NCBI RefSeq assembly: GCF_000281045.1
Contig: NW_008246073.1
Span: 409,343-466,778, forward strand
Length of the DNA: 57,436 nt
Direction of reading: 5' to 3'
DNA from: Saprolegnia diclina VS20
Taxonomy: Eukaryota
Shown here: positions 56,915-57,436 of the stretch, one piece after another
Layout: the number at the start of each line of letters is the position of its first letter
Numbering within the stretch: position 1 is the stretch's first letter
Program-made: the position numbers and the translations under genes
Notes under the pieces: generated by a model
The model's database searches: none
The model's input: the letters and a program-made list of their open reading frames with translations, nothing else
What the model was told of the DNA's origin: nothing

Positions 56915-57436
56915 CATGATTAAAGCAAATAAACGGTACAAGATCATTGGCATTAGCAAAGTCTATCAAGATAGAAATGCTACATCGGACACACACGACG
57001 AAAGCAGGGGGCGTGTCGAGGCTTAGGCGTAGCGCGTGTCGTCAGCGAGGCGGGCGTAGCCATCTTCCATGGAGACGTAGCCGTCCGCCTTCTTGGCAAG
57101 AAGCACCGAGGCGACGACAGCGACGGCGGCGATGCACGCGACGACCAAGAGCCCGTTGTTGGCAGCGGAACTGTACACGGCGTTGAGTTGGCTGGAGCCA
57201 ATGGAAACAGCCTTGGCCGAGCACTGCGACACGGTGTCGCTGAGGTACGTGGCGACGCTGACGCTCTCACTGTCGAGGTAGACGAGCACGTCATCGCCAA
57301 CGGGACACGTCGAGCACGTGCCGTCGCAGAACGTGTTCTTGTCACAGAGCGTAGCGCCCTTCTTGCAGAGAACCGTTTTGTCTGCAAAAAAGTCCTTGCA
57401 GTTGCCCTTGCCGTCGCAGTAATCTTGTGCGTCGCA
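56915..57436. repeat. Right member of inverted repeat pair (partner 37-~555)
   Basis: Reverse complement aligns to the window start; high identity in the coding part, decayed in the 3' UTR. Confidence 0.93.
57023..57436 (-). CDS. 3' part of Cys-rich disintegrin-like membrane protein (copy B, 5' end outside window)
   Basis: CDAQDYCDGKGNCKDFFADKTVLCKKGATLCDKNTFCDGTCSTCPVGDD...DTRYA-TAA. Four amino-acid differences from copy A over the visible part (A/N, D/G, V/I, M/V). Confidence 0.75.
   Translation of the reverse strand, partial: CDAQDYCDGKGNCKDFFADKTVLCKKGATLCDKNTFCDGTCSTCPVGDDVLVYLDSESVSVATYLSDTVSQCSAKAVSIGSSQLNAVYSSAANNGLLVVACIAAVAVVASVLLAKKADGYVSMEDGYARLADDTRYA

Noticed and set aside
1..57436. 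CRISPR arrays, rRNA, spliceosomal snRNAs, prokaryotic operon or defence system
   Set aside because: No direct-repeat/spacer array or recognisable rRNA/snRNA motifs were seen; the DNA is intron-containing and eukaryotic.

Overview
Gene-dense eukaryotic nuclear DNA, most likely from a Saprolegniales oomycete (Saprolegnia-like). This is inferred from the ~40-55 nt GT-AG introns, GC-rich coding regions, disintegrin-like surface proteins and oomycete-type gene families. The ORF track fragments most genes because it ignores splicing, so gene models were rebuilt by eye. Content in order: 3' end of a disintegrin-like membrane protein; a giant internally duplicated membrane protein; a ~23-exon ankyrin-repeat TKL kinase; a 6.1 kb palindrome (two ~2.5 kb inverted arms, each with a small secreted Gly/Cys/Trp-rich peptide gene, two tRNA-Gly(TCC) and one tRNA-Leu(CAA)); myotubularin; a C3H-motif protein; alkyl-DHAP synthase; two large divergent EF-hand proteins; a DUF6604-like protein; DGAT2; Miro; GPI8; a small zinc-finger protein; a zeta/delta-type tubulin; YigZ/IMPACT; an ELO elongase; CK2-beta; and an inverted paralog of the first gene. 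The most unusual structures are the tRNA/peptide palindrome, the one-repeat-per-exon ankyrin kinase, and the inverted paralog pair that brackets the whole 56 kb block. No database searches were run; family calls rest on motif recognition.
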